DNA of 64,000 bases. It comes from Octopus sinensis (taxonomy: Eukaryota). Location of the stretch: positions 17,484,001-17,548,000 of the forward strand of contig NC_043022.1 of NCBI RefSeq assembly GCF_006345805.1, read 5' to 3'. Numbering within the stretch: position 1 is the first letter of the stretch; each line of letters starts with the position of its first letter. The position numbers were made by a program, and so were the translations under genes. This document shows positions 50,676 through 60,980 of the stretch, one piece after another. Below the pieces are notes generated by a model. It was not told the DNA's origin, made no database searches, and saw only the letters and a program-made list of their open reading frames with translations.

Positions 50676-51355
50676 TCATCATCATCATCATTTAATGTCC
50701 ATTGTCCATGCTGGGTATGGGTTGGATGGTTTGACCAGAGCTTGCCAGCTCTGGTCAGCTGCACCAGATTCCAGTCTGATTTGGCATGGTTTGCTATGGT
50801 TCGACACCCTTCCTCACACCAACCACACAGCAGGGTGTGTACTGGATGCTCTCTACATGGCACCACCACAGGGGGCTTTATGTAGCACTGCCACAGGTGC
50901 TTTGCACCACTACAGGGACTGGTCTTAACACTTCTGCTGTGGAGCATGGGTTTTCTTGAGTATAGTAAGGTGCCACGCATCTTGGTCCTTTGTCATCTCA
51001 CCTGAAAGGTTCAGCATCCTGAGGTCGTTCTTCAGTACTTCATCCTATGTCTTCCTGGGTGTTCCACTTTCACGTGTTCCATCTACTATAAGAGGTCGGC
51101 ACTTCTTTATAGAGCTATCAGCATCCATCCACATCACACCAAACCAACGCAGTCTTCTCTCTTGCACACAGCAACTAATTCCTCTTAGGCCTAACTTCTC
51201 TCTCTCTCTAAACAATAGCACCCTGATGAAGAACATGTAACCTTACATAACACATCCAGTGGAGCATACTAGCCTCATTCCTTTCTAATCTTCACATGTC
51301 CTCTGCTTTCAGGGCCCATGTCTCACTACCATGTGGAATTGCTGTCCATATACAT
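50676..51355 (-). mobile_element. 5'-truncated RTE LINE
   Basis: REKLGLRGISCCVQERRLRWFGV...GTPRKT, with a (CAT)n tail at 50676. Confidence 0.85.
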
Positions 51356-51377
51356 ATATGGCTCTTAAGATCATTTT

Positions 51378-51600
51378 AGGCACAAGCATGGCTGTATTAG
51401 TAAGACGCTAGCTTCCCAACCACGTGGTTCCAGGTTCAGTCCCACTGCATGATACCATGGGCAAGTCTTTTCAACTATAACCTTGTGAGTGGATTTGGTA
51501 GACAAATTGACATAAACCCGCTGTGTGTGTGTGTGTTTGTCCTCCATCACCACTTGACAGCTGGCATTGGTGTGTTTATGTCCCTATAACTTAGTGGTAT
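51378..51600 (+). mobile_element. SINE family B
   Basis: aggcacaagcatggctgtattagtaagacg...ggttcagtcccactgc. Confidence 0.8.
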
Positions 51601-51738
51601 GGTATTTTCTCTTTCCTTCTTACTTTCTCTTAATTCATATCCATTTCTTTCAACTGTCTTCTTTTCATTTCTCTAATTCTTCTCTCTCTCTATACCCTTC
51701 TAATATAAAACACTTCTATTCATCTCTGTAATATAGCG

Positions 51739-51963
51739 CAGTGGCTCTCAACCAGTGGTTCTCAACCTTATGACCATTAGAGGTCCATTTGACCATTAGA
51801 GAGTCCTTGGTTATGCTTCTAAAATACACAATTTTTTAAAATACAATTCCTAATAATATTCAATTATAAAAACATAATAGGAGTTCTTTTATGTTGAATG
51901 GATATTGGGATCCTAAAATAGGAATCAAAAGTGGGGCCAAAGGGAAAGAAAAGAGTACCACTG
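51739..51963. mobile_element. hAT-type MITE
   Basis: Termini cagtggctctcaacc/cagtggttctcaacc and gagtaccactg. Imperfect 8-bp TSD atatagcg / atatagta. Confidence 0.7.
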
Positions 51964-52069
51964 ATATAGTACCACTTTCTCCTAAGGCACCAGACCAAAC
52001 TGATATAGAATATTGACAAATAATTTTTCTTTTTTTCTTTTTTATGCTCTGTATTTTTTTTTATTCCAG

Positions 52070-52190
52070 CAAAGTTGATGCTTTTACTCCTAACCTTTTG
52101 AATTATCCAATGTTCCAAATGGCTAAATCCATTGATTTTGAGCAAAAATCAGGTGAACTTCTAATAATTCCGACTGGCTGGTATCATCAG
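52070..52190 (+). CDS. JmjC oxygenase, coding exon 6 (distal His)
   Basis: (S)KVDAFTPNLLNYPMFQMAKSIDFEQKSGELLIIPTGWYHQ contains the QxxGExxxxPxGWxH motif. Acceptor ttccag, donor CAG|GTGTGT. Confidence 0.95.
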
Positions 52191-53446
52191 GTGTGTATAG
52201 TAGACTTTTTCATAAATCTTAGTATTTTGTGATATTTTTATCCCTTTAGCATTCAAATGTTGCTAACCTGACCACCTTAAAAAAAAAAAACTATTTATTC
52301 CAAGTAACCATATCCAGCTGCCTTTGAATCTATCTTTCCATCACAGATAAAGTCATTTATTTCTTAGTTTCCCTGTTTCATTATTTTGATATGACATCAA
52401 CATTTCAATGTCAAAGGCTGACACATTTTAGAGGGATTCTGTAATGGAAGTAGAAATGAGTTTCTATAAGCCAAGTCCATGTTCTTGTTGTTATACTTTA
52501 TTTTTATATCAAATATTGTCCTTGAGAAAGTTATGTACACCATACAATCTTAATCCTTTTAAACGAGCTGTCTACTGTCAGATGTATCCATGAATGGGTG
52601 ATCAATAGTACAGCTCTTCAGACAATTTTTCCAACTTAATCTTAGTTTGTAGAATGGACACACTATATTCCTGCATGTTGTAAGAGGTAGCCAAGGGAGT
52701 TGGTGACAGGAAAAGTATTCAGTCAGAAAACACTGCCTTAAAAAGTCTCATACAACCCTTGCCAGCATAGGCATGCAGACATGAAAATGATGATGATAAT
52801 AACTAGCACTGGTGCGGGTGCCACGTAAAAGTATTTGTGCGGGAGCCACATAAAAAGCTCACATGCTAGTAGCATGTAAAAGCACCCAATACGCTTTGTA
52901 AAGTGGTCGGTGTTAGGGAGAGCATCTAGCTGTAGAAACCACGCCAAAACAATGGAATTTATTTGATACAGCTCCTGGACTTGCCACTTCCTGTCCAACC
53001 ATCCAACACATTCCAGTTTGGAAGACGACATTAAATGATAATTATGATGATTATTGTATTTTGATAGGTTTATTCTCTGATTATCATTAGGTGTCTTATT
53101 TCTGGGTGTGCAAATAGTACCAAACTGAATTAAAGCAGGAACCATGTTTCTAAACTAAGAGGAGTAGCATTGTTATCCACAACTCCACTGATATCTGTAA
53201 CTGAGTTGGACAGAAATGTTATTTGGTACACATCTAAGAATGCGATATATGAGGATGGCCAAACTAGGAATGCAGCATATGATGATGGCCCAAACTCAAA
53301 GCTATCAAAACAAATGTAGATGCAAATATCAAAATATTCTCATCTGTAATGATGAGGCTAATGATTTGAAATATTCCATTCTACTCTAGGCACAAGGCCT
53401 AAAATTTTGGGTATATTGAGCTTTGTACATTTGTATGCCAATATCT

Positions 53447-54077
53447 CTTTGATGGCATGCACTGCTCTCTCACTCAATCACAATAATAATGATGATAATA
53501 GTAATGATAATAATAATAATCTTGCCCTGATGTAGTCCCAGACATTGGCTCTCATGGCTTCTGATCTTAACTGATTGGAAGTGTTATTGTGTACATTGTT
53601 TTGTTTTGGTATAAAAGATGGGTTACAGCAAATATTCTGCTCAATACCACAGATTTGCTTGTCACTTGTTTGACCATAACCAATTGACCATGTCCGTAGG
53701 TGGCTGACGATATGTGCATTTCTGATCATGAACAGATGTAGTGGGGGAGCATCATAGTCATGTGTTGAGAGGGATTCTTTGGCGCTTGGATAATTCACCA
53801 TTGGAAACATGGGTGTTTCGTTCAAACTCCTTAAACAATCCTTATTCAAGGACCATTTGAGTGGTATGGGCTACTCAACCTGAAGAAAATTTTAAATGGG
53901 CCCCACCTGTGAGGTCATGCGCTGTTTACCTTGATATGAGATCACCATGTCATGCACATATGGTTGTGATGCATGTGCCTGGTCTATTCTCATCAGACGG
54001 GTAGTCATGATGGCTATACTGGGCTTTGTATATTTTACCCCAGTGTCACTTTGATAGCATGCACTGCTCTCTCATTC

Positions 54078-54123
<46 letters not shown>

Positions 54124-54125
54124 GT
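53447..54125 (+). mobile_element. Two tandem 3' ends of an element terminating in (AAT)n (Dong/R4-like target preference)
   Basis: ctttgatggcatgcactgctctctcactcaat at 53447 and ctttgatagcatgcactgctctctcattcaat at 54050, each followed by (AAT)n. Confidence 0.6.
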
Positions 54126-54287
54126 ACTAATCTGAAATATCGTATTCTTATTTCAGACATTTTGACATTTAATCATGATTGCTAAGTGTTCCAGAGTTGC
54201 AACTGGAAATATGGCTCTGTTTGAAGTGTCTGCTGTTTCTTCTCTCCATTGTATTATTCTAATATACTTCATTTTCATGGATTTCAG

Positions 54288-54437
54288 GCTTATAATTCGG
54301 AAGAAACTCTTGCTATTTCTAGTCAAATAATGAACTCCATGAACTATTTGGCTATTATGGAAGAAATTATTAAAGTTGGTAATTTACAGAAACATACCCT
54401 ACCAGACAATTTTGGAAGACTTTCAATAAAAGAACAG
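54288..54437 (+). CDS. JmjC oxygenase, coding exon 7
   Basis: AYNSEETLAISSQIMNSMNYLAIMEEIIKVGNLQKHTLPDNFGRLSIKEQ. Acceptor tttcag, donor CAG|GTTTGT, 150 nt. Confidence 0.92.
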
Positions 54438-55249
54438 GTTTGTTATCATCTGCATTTTATATTTTTTAAGTGAAGTCAAGAGGGCAGTAAAAGTTATAGA
54501 AATGATTGTGTGCTGAGCTAAATGCATTTTTGCTAAGAATGGGTCTTCAGATTTCACCAGTTTTGTATTTCTTCTGTCCAGAGTCAATAAAGAAACTACC
54601 AACTATATATACTGGCACCAATTTATATTTCTTGCCTAAAAAATTGTACCTTTTTCTTTTTATATCTTTTATCTATTACTTTTTTCTGTTGTTAGACTGT
54701 GGCCATACTGAGGCACACGGGGGGACTGAACCTGCAAATATGTGATGGGGAAGCAAACTTCTTACCACACAATCACACCTGATTATATAATTCCAACATT
54801 TCATTCTTTCCTTTTGATTTAAGCAATCAATGCCGAGGGAATTGAAGAAAGTGAAGACTCATAATTCTAATTAACAGATGTGCTGACACTGTTGATTAGA
54901 TCTGATTTGACTAATGATTGACATCAAAGATTGATCTCTCTATTTGTTCAGTCATTATGTTTCCCAAATTAGAAATAAAAAGATCAAACAGACAAAGTAA
55001 ACAATTAATCCATAAATTATTAGTTTCAATCTGTTTCAGAGATTTTGTCACCTCTTCATTTTATATTGATACAATTAGAATTAGTCCCATGTCATCTACA
55101 AATATCAATGTAATTGACCGGTGTTCTGTCCAAAGAGAGACTTATTCTTCATATACTTCACAGAATAGGGAAAGTTCTCATTTGTAAGTAGTATCAATAT
55201 AAAAATTGACATATGGTAAAATGTCTTGTAGTGCAGAATTGAGCTCCTG

Positions 55250-56571
55250 TTCTGAGGGAGATGGCCCTGCTCAATGTGTAGAAAAGGTGCAGGTAGAAAC
55301 TCCATAAGATGCACCCAGTATAAGCTTTGGACACATAAAAGGTGTAACAACATCAAAGGAAGGTTAACAGAGAAACAAACTTTTGTATGTGAAAGATGCA
55401 CAGGTACAATAAACACTGAAATGTGCAGAAAATAGACTCCATCAATTGCCAGGGGTACAAGCTAAAGGGAGTAGATAGCATCCATTATCTAGGTTAGTAG
55501 TGGAGGTGGATGCTCTGAGAGCGTAGCTGTGAGAATAAGATTAGGCTGAGTAAAATTCAGAGAGCTCCTACCCCTGCTGGCAACAAAGAGCCTCTCTCTC
55601 AGAGTGAAAGGCAGATTGTTTGATGCCTGTGTGTGAACAGCCACACTACATGGCACTGAAACATGGGCTGTGACAGCTGAGGACATGCGTAAGGTTTGAA
55701 GGAAATGAAGCCAATATGCTTCACTGGATGTGCAATGTCAGTGTGCATGTTTGACAGAGTATAAGTATCTTGAGAGAAAAGTCAGGCATAAGAGGCATCA
55801 GATGTGGTGTGCAAGAGAGACAACTGCACTGGTAAGGTCATGTGATACATATGGATGAGGACAGCTGTGTAAAGAAGTGCTGATGTCTAACTGTGGAGGG
55901 AACCTGTGGTAGAGGTAGACCCAGTAAGACATAGGACGAAATAATGAAGCATGATCTTTGAACTTTGAGCTTCACAGAGGCAATGACTAGTGACTGAGAT
56001 CTATGGCATGATGCTGTACTTGAGAAGACCCGTCAAGCCAAGTGCACTCATGCTGGTGGCATGTAAGGGACATCTTTCAAGTGTCGGACCTCACAGAGGC
56101 AAAGTGGCTGAGTTCCTTTTGAGTATTAGGCCTCATGGAGGCAAAATTGTTGACATCCTCTTGAGTGTTGGGCCTCACAGAAGCAAGGTGACTGAGTTCC
56201 TTTCGAGTGTTGGGCCTCACGGAGGCAATGACCAAGACCTTTGGCATTATGTCGTGCTTGAGAAGAAGAAGACCCATGAAGCCAAGCAAAATCACAGTTG
56301 TGTCAGGTACCAGTGTCATGCAACTAGGCACCTGTGTTGGTGGCACATAAACGCACCATGATGTCATGCAAATGCCACCCATGCCAGTGGAACATAAAAG
56401 CACCCATTACACTCTCAGAGTGGTTGGTTTTAGGAAGGGCATCCAGCCATAGAAAACCATACCAAATCAGACTGGATTCTGGTGCAGCCTTCCAGCCTTG
56501 CCAGCCCAGTCAAGCCGCCCAACCGATGTGTGTTACAACGGATGTTAAATTATGATGATGATGATGATGAT
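55250..56571 (+). mobile_element. 5'-truncated RTE LINE with the PHD-like region, a 42-bp tandem array (~56075-56230) and a (GAT)n tail
   Basis: GRWPCSMCRKGAGRNSIRC, GTETWAVTAEDMRK, RGRGRPSKT. The tail ends tgatgatgatgatga. Confidence 0.9.
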
Positions 56572-57279
56572 AAGCTCCACCTGGCTGATTTGGTCTCAAT
56601 ATAACACAGAGAGAGAGACAGACAGACAGACTCTTCAGTATTGCCTCTGTTACCAAATGGGTTGAGGGATTCATTAGTATTATTCAGTCCTTGTTAAGTG
56701 TAATATTTCTATTTATATATAAATATACCCATGCCAGTATGGAAGGCAAATGTTAAACAATGATGGTGATGAGGACGACGATGGGATTAAGTTTTATCTC
56801 AAACTTTCGATTTTATCAAGGCTTTTTCAATGTTCTTATTCATTTCAATACAGTCTCTTCACCTGAAGGTTTTCAGGAATATATCCATTTCATATAAGTG
56901 GCTATTGAACCAGGTTGCACTAAATGTAATTAGGCCAATTTGAGCATATTACTCTTTTGTGCCCTTAAAAACACAGTGAAGGAATTGCACTTCTTTCTGA
57001 TGAGTGTGCACTTTTCAGAAGTAATTACCGATCATTAATCTACTATAAGGCTTATAGGAAGCCTTTGTGATAGCTTATATCCAGCTAGTGTAAATGGGCT
57101 GTAGAGGCAACCATTTCCGTCATGAAACAGTGCTATATGAGTTACAAGATACAAACTGTGAAACTTTTATCCTGAAATTGTTCTATTGTCTTCCATTAAA
57201 TTTGATCCTGGCTTTATATAACACCAGTTGGAACTGTTATAACAACTGAACAAGAGCAAGCAACAAAACAGGCACAACA

Positions 57280-57720
57280 TTTCTAAACTACATCTGACCA
57301 GATAAAGCTGCTGATCTTTATCCAACAGAATATGCTCTTCACATCAAGATTATGCCCTTCATTTGAGGTCAAGAATGTCATCAAATCCATGAAAACTAGT
57401 AAAGCACTGGGCATTGACTTCCTCTGTGTAGAAATGATCAAAAACAGTCCTTGTTCCTGCGATACCAGAGTCACTTGATCTTTATGGAATCATCAGGGAG
57501 AGTGACAACCATTGCAAGTAACCTAAGGGACTAATTGTGAAACTTTCCCCAGAAAGGAAACTGATAAAGGAGCTGCAATAATTAGCTTGGTATGATGATC
57601 CTCTCTGTCGTTAGCAAGAATTCTTCTCCAAAAGATTGACTAAAAGCTGAGAGAAGAGCAGACAGAATTCAGGAAAGGTAGTGGGGGGGGGCATACAACG
57701 AGATTTTTGCATTGAAGAAC
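57280..57720 (+). mobile_element. Decayed LINE RT fragment; ~100 bp of it (57580-57681) is duplicated at 58221-58341
   Basis: EVKNVIKSMKTSKALGIDFLCVEMIK, LREEQTEFRKG. Direct repeat attagcttggtat...ttcaggaaaggtag. Confidence 0.65.
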
Positions 57721-58507
57721 AGTGGAATGTACTGTTTAATATCGAATACACAGGAAACACTGCAGAGTATTATAGTGAACATTATTGTATTTTGATAGTG
57801 TAAGAGATAATCTCTTGCCAAATTGAGTCTTTTATCTAGGTTTGGTTCTTGGCAAAACTATTTCATTGAGTCACTATCATCCACTCCCATTCCATCTCCT
57901 GAAGCCAAGAGGGCTAAGAACCAGTTAATAGTCAACAAGTTGAAACTTGAATGCTATGTAGGATACAAAGAGATATTTATTCTTTATCTTTTACTTGCTT
58001 CAGTCATTAGACGGCAGCAATACTGGGACACCACCTTCAAGAATTTCTAATCTAATCAATTGCCCCCCCCCCCCACTACTTTTTTTTATTCATATATTTT
58101 TCTCTTTATAACTGATGTAGATGATATGAATTAGAAATAAAATTGAAGGGTACTAGTTACATATCTGAACCCTTAAAATCCTAATGAAAATTGTGTAAAT
58201 CAAAAGCCCAGAACTGAAATGATTCTTTTACAGAACTGAGATTAGCTTGGTATTATGTTCCTCTTTGTCCTTAGCAAGAATTATTCTCCAAAAGATTGAC
58301 TAAAAGCTGAGAGAAGAACAAACAGGATTCAGGAAAGGTAGAGGACGCATTAATGAGATTGTATAGGGAAGGGATTAGGGTTTCCACCCTTACCTTAAAC
58401 AGTTCCTTACTTTCTTCAAACTCTGTGGGAACAATTATACTAGTATACTTCATGTGTTATTATGCATTTCAGGACTGGCTGAAATATACAGGAATTTAAG
58501 AATTAAA

Positions 58508-58892
58508 TACAGGCATTGTTGTGTGGTAAAAAACTTGTTCCCCAACCACATGGTTCTGGGTTCAATCTCACTTCATGGCACCTTGGACAAGTGTCTTATA
58601 CTATATCCTCAGACTGACCAAAGCCTTGTGAGTGGATTTAGTACATAGAAACTGAAAGAAGCCTGTCATATACATGTGTGTGTGTGTTTGTCCCCCACTA
58701 CCGCTTGAAAAGTGGTGTTGGTATGTTTATGTCCTTGTAACTTAGCAGTTCAGCAAAAGAGACTGATAGACTAAATACCAAGTTTAAAAACAAAAAATAA
58801 GTACTAGGGTTGATTCGTTCAACTAAAAGTCTTCAAGACACTGCCCCAGCTTGGGCACAATCTAATGACTGAAACAAGTAAGAGATAAAATT
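58508..58892 (+). mobile_element. SINE family B, near full length
   Basis: caggcattgttgtgtggtaaaaaac...ggttcaatctc...accttggacaagtgtctt...ctaatgactgaaacaagtaagagata. Confidence 0.85.
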
Positions 58893-59009
58893 AAATATGC
58901 TACACATGAGATACAGAGAGGGGAACATAAAAAATGTAATTAATATTCCACTCTATAATTAACAATCCACTCTACTAATTTGTTTCTTTTTTTTATCTTC
59001 CTTTTAAAG

Positions 59010-59102
59010 GTTCGGTCTCTCATCAAATCATTACCTTACCAAATTTTACTACAAGGCCGTCGAGTTGTTGACACTTACCAAAGAACAAGAGAAGAACTCT
59101 AG
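59010..59102 (+). CDS. JmjC oxygenase, terminal coding exon ending in REEL-stop; absent from the ORF track
   Basis: Long pyrimidine tract plus aag acceptor, phase 0. Reads VRSLIKSLPYQILLQGRRVVDTYQRTREEL*. Confidence 0.8.
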   Translation, partial: VRSLIKSLPYQILLQGRRVVDTYQRTREEL

Positions 59103-59280
59103 CTTGGAAGAAATTCTTTTCATGTTATCAATTCTGAAAATTATTAATTGTTCATAAACGTTTTTCTTCAAGACACCACCATATTTTATTCACATTGAGA
59201 AGGCGTCTAAAAATGAAATGCCATTTAATATAATCGGAGACATTTTAGTGTTTTATGAAGTCAGTATATCATCATGTTCT

Positions 59281-59286
59281 AATAAA
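59281..59286 (+). terminator. Candidate polyadenylation signal of the JmjC gene
   Basis: First AATAAA after the stop codon, just before repeats resume at ~59335. Confidence 0.5.
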
Positions 59287-59334
59287 TTATTGTCTTCTTA
59301 AGTTGGAATCAAGTATTCCTTTGAACCACAGCAC

Positions 59335-59575
59335 TGTTGGTAACAAAGGGCCTCTTCCTCAGAGTGAAAGGCAGTGAAACATGGGCTGTGACTGTCGAGG
59401 GCATGCGTAGGCTTGAAAGAAATGAAGCTGGTATGCATCACTGGATGTGCAGTGTCAGTGTGCATACACAACATAGTGCAAACGTCTTGAGAGAAAAGTT
59501 GGGCATAAGAGACATCAGGTGTGGTGTGCAAGAGAGATGACTGCACTGGTATGGTCATGTGATGCACATGCATGT
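59335..59575 (+). mobile_element. RTE RT C-terminal fragment
   Basis: VTKGLFLRVKGSETWAVTVEGMRRLERNEAGM. Confidence 0.85.
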
Positions 59576-59594
59576 GGGCATTGTTTCTACATGT

Positions 59595-60363
59595 AGAAAT
59601 TTAAACCCTGAGTGTAAAGATGGACAAAATGCTGCTAAGCATTTTGCCCAGCATGCCATCGATTCTGCCAGCTTGCCATCTTGAATGAAATAATAATAAT
59701 AATAACAATAATAATGATGATGATGATGATTTCAAATTTGGGCACAAGGCCAGCAATTTTGGGGACGAGTATAAGTTAATTGCATCAACACCAACACTGA
59801 ACTGGTCCTTATTTTACTGACTTCAAAAGGATGAAAGGTAAAGTCAACTAAAACCGAAAACGTAAATGTGAATGATATGCTGCTAAGCGTTTTGTCCGGT
59901 GTGCGAATGATTCTGCTAGCTTGCTACCTTTGATAATAATGGTAATGGTTTCAAATTTTGCCACAAGGGCCACAGTTTTGGTGGAGGGGATGAGTCAATT
60001 ACATCAACTCCGGTCTTCAACTGGTACTTATTTTACTGACCCTGAAAGGATGAAAGGAAAAGTCAACTCAGAACGTAGCGACAGACGAAATACTGTTCAG
60101 CAATTCACCTGGCATGCTAATGGTTCTGCCAGCTCACCACCTGAATGATAATAATCTTTTCTACTCTAGGCACAAGGCCCAAAACTTTTGGAGAGGGGAA
60201 GTCGTTTAGATCACCCCAGTACATAACTGGTACTTAATTTATCAATCCCGAATGGATGAAAGGCAAAGTTGACCTTGGTGGAATTTGAACTCAGAATGTG
60301 AAGACAGAGAAGATGCCGCTAAGCATTTCGCCCAGCATGCTAACAATTCTGCCAGCTCACCAC
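59595..60363 (-). mobile_element. Head-to-tail array of four SINE family C copies
   Basis: Repeated ggcacaaggcc...aaaggatgaaagg...ttctgccagctc, with short (AAT)/(GAT) spacers. Confidence 0.85.
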
Positions 60364-60980
60364 CAGGCATCCAGCTGTAGAAACATTGCCAGATCAGATT
60401 GGAGCCGGGTGCAGCCGCTGGCTTGCCAGACCTCAGTCAAACCATCCAACCCATGCCAGCATGGAAAATGGATGTTAAACAATGATGATGATGATGACGA
60501 CAATATAGTGTCAGACAAGTAACAAAATTGTCATAAGAATTCAAAGTCCGTGGGGATGGAACATCTGAAGTTAATGGTGATGTTGAAAAGGGCTTAGTAA
60601 TGTCAGGCATACAGATGAGGATTAACTCCCGAAAGATTATAATGAGAAAGTAGTTTTCTTTTAGCATATATGGGCAAGAAAGAACTGGGCTAATTAAAGA
60701 TGTAAATTATCGTCTGGCACCTGTGTCGGTGGCACATAAAAAACACCATCCGAGCGTGGCTGTTCGCCAGCCTCGTCTGGCACCTGTGTCGGTGGCACAT
60801 AAAATCACCCACTATACTCTCGTAGTGGTTGGCGTTAGGAAGGGCATCCAGCTGTAGAAACACTGCCAGATCTGACTGGCCTGGTGCAGCCTTCGGGCTC
60901 CCCAGACCCCAGTTGAACCGTCCAACCCATGCTAGCATGGAAAGCGGACGTTAAACGATGATGATGATGATGATGATGAT
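60364..60980 (+). mobile_element. Two RTE 3'-tail copies (60364-60500 and 60712-60980; the second is young and retains CpG)
   Basis: ccaacccatgctagcatggaaagcggacgttaaacgatgatgatgat. Confidence 0.85.

Noticed and set aside
55990-56403. ORFs with 14-aa repeats, and a repeat array superficially like CRISPR
   Set aside because: This is a 42-bp tandem repeat within the RTE 3'UTR, with no unique spacers and no cas genes, in a eukaryotic context.
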